Positions 49,799-53,200 of a DNA stretch of 53,200 nt are shown one piece after another. The notes under the pieces were generated by a model, which had not been told where the DNA came from, searched no databases, and saw only the letters and a program-made list of their open reading frames with translations. This stretch comes from Octopus bimaculoides (taxonomy: Eukaryota): positions 7,735,740-7,788,939 of the forward strand of contig NC_069009.1 in assembly GCF_001194135.2 (NCBI RefSeq), in the 5' to 3' direction. The position numbers and the translations under genes are program-made. Position 1 is the stretch's first letter. The number at the start of each line of letters is the position of its first letter.

Positions 49799-49844
49799 TA
49801 ATAATAACAACAACAACAACAACAACAATTATAATAATAATAAC

Positions 49845-49894
<50 letters not shown>

Positions 49895-49896
<2 letters not shown>

Positions 49897-50405
49897 GCCC
49901 TGATGCAATGCCAGGCACTGGCTCTCATGGCTTCTAATGTTAACTTATTGGAAGTGTTATCATGTACATTGTTTTGCCTTGGTATAAAAAGATGGGCTAC
50001 AGCAAATATTTTGCTCAATACCACTGATTCGCTTGTCATTTGTTTGACCATAACAGGTTGAGCATGTCCCTTGGTGGCTGGCGATATGTGCATCTCTGAT
50101 CACGAGCTGGTATATTCGGGAAGCATCATAGCTTTTGGGGTTTGAATAAATCACCTCTGGAAACAACCCTTATTCAGGGACCTTTTGAGTGGGATGGGCT
50201 ACTGAACCTGAAGAGAATTCTAACTAGGTCCCACCTGCAAGGTGATGTGCTTTTTATCTTGATATAGGATCACCATGTCGCGCACATATAGTTGTGATGC
50301 ATATGTCAGGTGTACCCTTATCAGACGGGTAGTCATGATAGGTATACTGGATTTAGTATATTTTACCCCAGTGTCACTTTGATGGTATGCACTGCTCTCT
50401 CACTC
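49895..50405 (+). mobile_element. Non-coding 511-bp unit bounded by (AAT)n (partial copy at 51188-51233)
   Basis: No convincing ORF and no tRNA head. CCTGATGCAA(T)(G/A)CCAGGCA(C/G)TGGCTCTCATGG recurs at 51190; (AAT)n on both flanks. Confidence 0.55.
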
Positions 50406-50414
50406 AATAATAAT

Positions 50415-50465
<51 letters not shown>

Positions 50466-50490
50466 TATTATTATTATTATNNNNNNNNNN

Positions 50491-50612
<122 letters not shown>

Positions 50613-51084
50613 GCCCTGGCAGAGCTTCTAACGCTGGAGATGTAACACGGTGTCAGCTGTTTACTACCAGTGAACTAAGGTAACACCTCTTATTTTTCGA
50701 GCACCTTCCGGAGTATTCGAGTGGTTCCAAGCAGTGCTGTTTTCTGCAAGTGCAGCCCCTATTTGTTCTACGTACTTCTTGAGATTTTTGCTCACAGTTC
50801 CCAGGGCTCCAACAATTAGTGGTACTACTGCTACCTTTTTCATCAACCACACCTGCTTAACTTCCCAAGCTAGCCTGTCATATCTCTCGACTTTTCTTTC
50901 TTCCTTATCGCATACCTTGTTGTCAGCTGGGCATGCTATATTTATGATCCAGCATAGTTTGTTTTCTTTCTCCATTAAGTCTATGTCTGGCTTCTTATTC
51001 TCTATCTCATGGTCGCAGTGAATCATAAAATCCCATAGGATCTTTGCATTTCTATTTTCGACGATGCCTTCAGGTTTGTGGTCG
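50613..51084 (-). mobile_element. RLE 3' fragment (distinct family) with (AAT)n tail on minus
   Basis: KPEGIVENRNAKILWDFMIHCDHEIENKKPDID...DKEERKVERYDRLAWEVKQVW...VPLIVGALG. Confidence 0.9.
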
Positions 51085-51086
51085 TT

Positions 51087-51139
<53 letters not shown>

Positions 51140-51147
51140 TATCATCA

Positions 51148-51189
<42 letters not shown>

Positions 51190-51302
51190 CCTGATGCAAT
51201 ACCAGGCAGTGGCTCTCATGGTTTCTGATCTTAATAATGATCAAGATAATGATGATGATGAAGCTGAAATAAGAGAATACCATGATAAAAGATTATCTGA
51301 CT

Positions 51303-51516
51303 GGCAAGAGGTGGCAGAAACGTTAACACGCCGGGTGAAATGCTTAGCGGCATTTCATCTGCCGTTACGTTCTGAGTTCAAATTCCGCCGAGGTCGACTT
51401 TACCTTTCCTCCTTTCGGGGTCGATAAATTAAGTACCAATTACGCACTGGGGTCGATGTAATCGACTTAATCCCATTTTTGTCCTTGTTTGTCCCCTCTA
51501 TGTTTAGCCCCTTGTT
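51303..51516 (+). mobile_element. SINE family C with alternative tail
   Basis: Family C body; tail AATCCC...GTCCTTGTTTGTCCCCTCT...TAGCCCCTTG as at 35594. Confidence 0.88.
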
Positions 51517-52082
51517 GGTTGTGTGTGTGTTTGTGTTCTGTTTGGTCTTCATCAGAATACTATGACTCTGATGAAGATGACATTAGTTTTTCAAGGTCAT
51601 TCAGTTTTTCTCAACCAATAAATGGACCGATTGAGTACATCGATCAATGAACGAACCTATTAAGATTATCGGAAACAGCTGTAAGTCCAATTTACTACAT
51701 TAAAATAATATGTAATTATCATTATTTATTCTTTGTTTGATCTATCTATCTAGCTAGCTAGCTAGCTATATATATATATATTCCGATTTTTTGTAAATGT
51801 GTATAGAATGATATATCAGTTGAATAAAATTAAAACATAGTCTGGTTTTCACGTTTTTTTTATTATGGTGCTAGCAGTATAAGCCGACGTTGTCCGGGTG
51901 TGACTTATTACGCCATCTACGATAAGTCTTGCTAGGTGAAAATCAACTAAAAAAGAAAGCCTTACAACGAAAAAACCCTTATGATGTAAATATGTTCATA
52001 ATTCAAAAGACGATGAAATTAATAGGGAAAGTCTGAAGGCTGCTACGCGTAGCATTATTAAGTGTACGTAAATTTCATCCGT

Positions 52083-52379
52083 CTAATTGGCTATACAAAT
52101 GATTTGTGCAAAACAACTTTTTGCGCTGCCCTGATTATACATAGCAAGGTAATCCCTTTTTGCAGGAGCTAGGACGGCAATTTCTGATGAAGCAATTGCT
52201 GGCGATCTGTTGCTACACAGTTCTGCCAGAATTCTATCAGATTGGGCAGTAGATGTTGATGCACCATTTTTCATTATGTTCAAAGTAGCTTCTGGAATGT
52301 GGTGAATTGTTGCAGTCTGTTGCTGTCTTTTTAAACCGGTTGCTTTCTTTCCCCATCAAGCTCTCTTCTTTGGAGGCAT
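52083..52379 (-). pseudogene. Interrupted 98-codon ORF starting MPPKKRA*WGKK
   Basis: ATG at 52379, TGA at codon 8 (possible CGA>TGA), then open to TAG at 52083-85. Basic NLS-like start; no recognisable domain. Confidence 0.3.
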
Positions 52380-52481
52380 AATCTATATACATATTAAAGA
52401 GAACAACAAAAGTTATAACAGATGGCAGGGTCCGTACTTTTCACATTTCGGTAATTTTTCAGATTAACACCCGCACATTTA

Positions 52482-52781
52482 CCTAACCCTAATCCTAACC
52501 TAAATCCTAAACCTAAGCCCTAACCCTAAAACCCTAACCCTAAAACCCTAACCCTAAAACCCTAACCCTAAAACCCTAACCCTGACCCTAACACCGTAAC
52601 ATTAACCCTAACCCTAACCCTAAAACCCTAACCCTAAAACCCTAACCCTAAAACCCTAACCCTAAAACCCTAACCCTGACCCTAACACCGTAACATTAAC
52701 CCTAATCCTAACCCTAACCCTAACCCTAACCCTAAACCCTCACCCTAACCGTAACCCTAAAACCCTAACCCTAACACCCTA
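52482..52781. repeat. Interstitial telomere-like array (CCCTAA/CCCTAAAA) with 94-bp higher-order repeat
   Basis: [CCCTAA CCCTAAAA]x4 CCCTAA CCCTGA CCCTAA CACCGTAACATTAA CCCTAA occurs twice (CACCGTAACATTAA at 52592 and 52686); non-telomeric DNA on both sides. Confidence 0.95.
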
Positions 52782-53200
52782 GTGTTGTCCTGTCTACATA
52801 AGATCCATAGTTTGTATATTTACAAAACATTGACGAACATGAGTTATATTGTAGTGAATGCTTGTGTGTACGTGCGCGTGTATGCATTTGAGAGAGCGAG
52901 AGAGGAAGAGAGGGGGGGGTAGAAAGGAATAAAGAACGGGAGCAATGAAGAGAGAGAAAGAGAGGAAGGGAGAACGGAAAACAGTTATAAAATAGCAGTG
53001 CGTGCGCGTGTTTATATAAGAAACACAGAAAGTAAATCTTATATCTATAATGTTGATGTGTGTATGTGTATGTTGTTGTCACAGATCACGTATGTGTGGT
53101 TGTGTGTGTTTTTACGTTTCTATGTTATGAAAAATATGTAAGAGGTAGAGGGATAGAAGAAAGCTATTAAATGGGAGAGAGGAAGAAGAACGAAGTAAGA

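Larger units (their letters stand above)
51871..52803 (-). mobile_element. Putative non-autonomous Helitron
   Basis: Minus-strand 3' end is a CCGGACAACGTCGG hairpin, 9 nt spacer, then CTAG (51871-74). Candidate 5' A|TC at 52804|52803. The base after CTAG is C rather than the canonical T. Confidence 0.45.

Noticed and set aside
51546-51577. 11-bp perfect hairpin TCTTCATCAGA / TCTGATGAAGA with CTGATGA on both strands
   Set aside because: Neither strand has the downstream stem II-GAAA; too short to call a ribozyme or element.
52482-52781. True chromosome end
   Set aside because: Only 300 bp, variant-rich, and flanked by non-telomeric DNA on both sides.

Overview
Repeat-dense, gap-containing eukaryotic scaffold. 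The SINE, LINE and microsatellite content looks like a coleoid cephalopod (Octopus-like); this is inferred from pattern recognition, not a database search. No intact protein-coding gene, rRNA, true tRNA gene or CRISPR array is supported. The window contains about 30 tRNA-headed SINE copies from three or four families and at least nine fragments of restriction-like-endonuclease (RLE) non-LTR retrotransposons (R4/Dong-like plus one Hero-like), most abutting (TAA)n tracts. It also has RTE-clade and Penelope-like remnants, Tc1/mariner relics, three hAT MITEs with 8-bp target duplications, a 540-bp foldback element and many microsatellites. Best leads: (1) a cluster of (TAA)n-flanked retroelements at 43.4-51.2 kb including a non-coding 511-bp passenger; (2) a probable non-autonomous Helitron (51871-52803, minus) carrying a telomere-like TTAGGG/TTTTAGGG array with a 94-bp higher-order repeat and an interrupted MPPKKR-starting ORF; (3) a decayed hammerhead-ribozyme-like motif in an inverted repeat at 13.0-13.3 kb; (4) a mariner derivative built from two inverted 5' ends nested in a SINE; (5) a candidate signal-peptide first exon at 39261-39347 (minus), near a probably misplaced contig; (6) a purine-rich CAGACGAT-motif degenerate satellite; (7) a codon-phased 129/138-bp degenerate repeat. 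Boundaries were read by eye and are approximate unless TSDs or TIRs are quoted.
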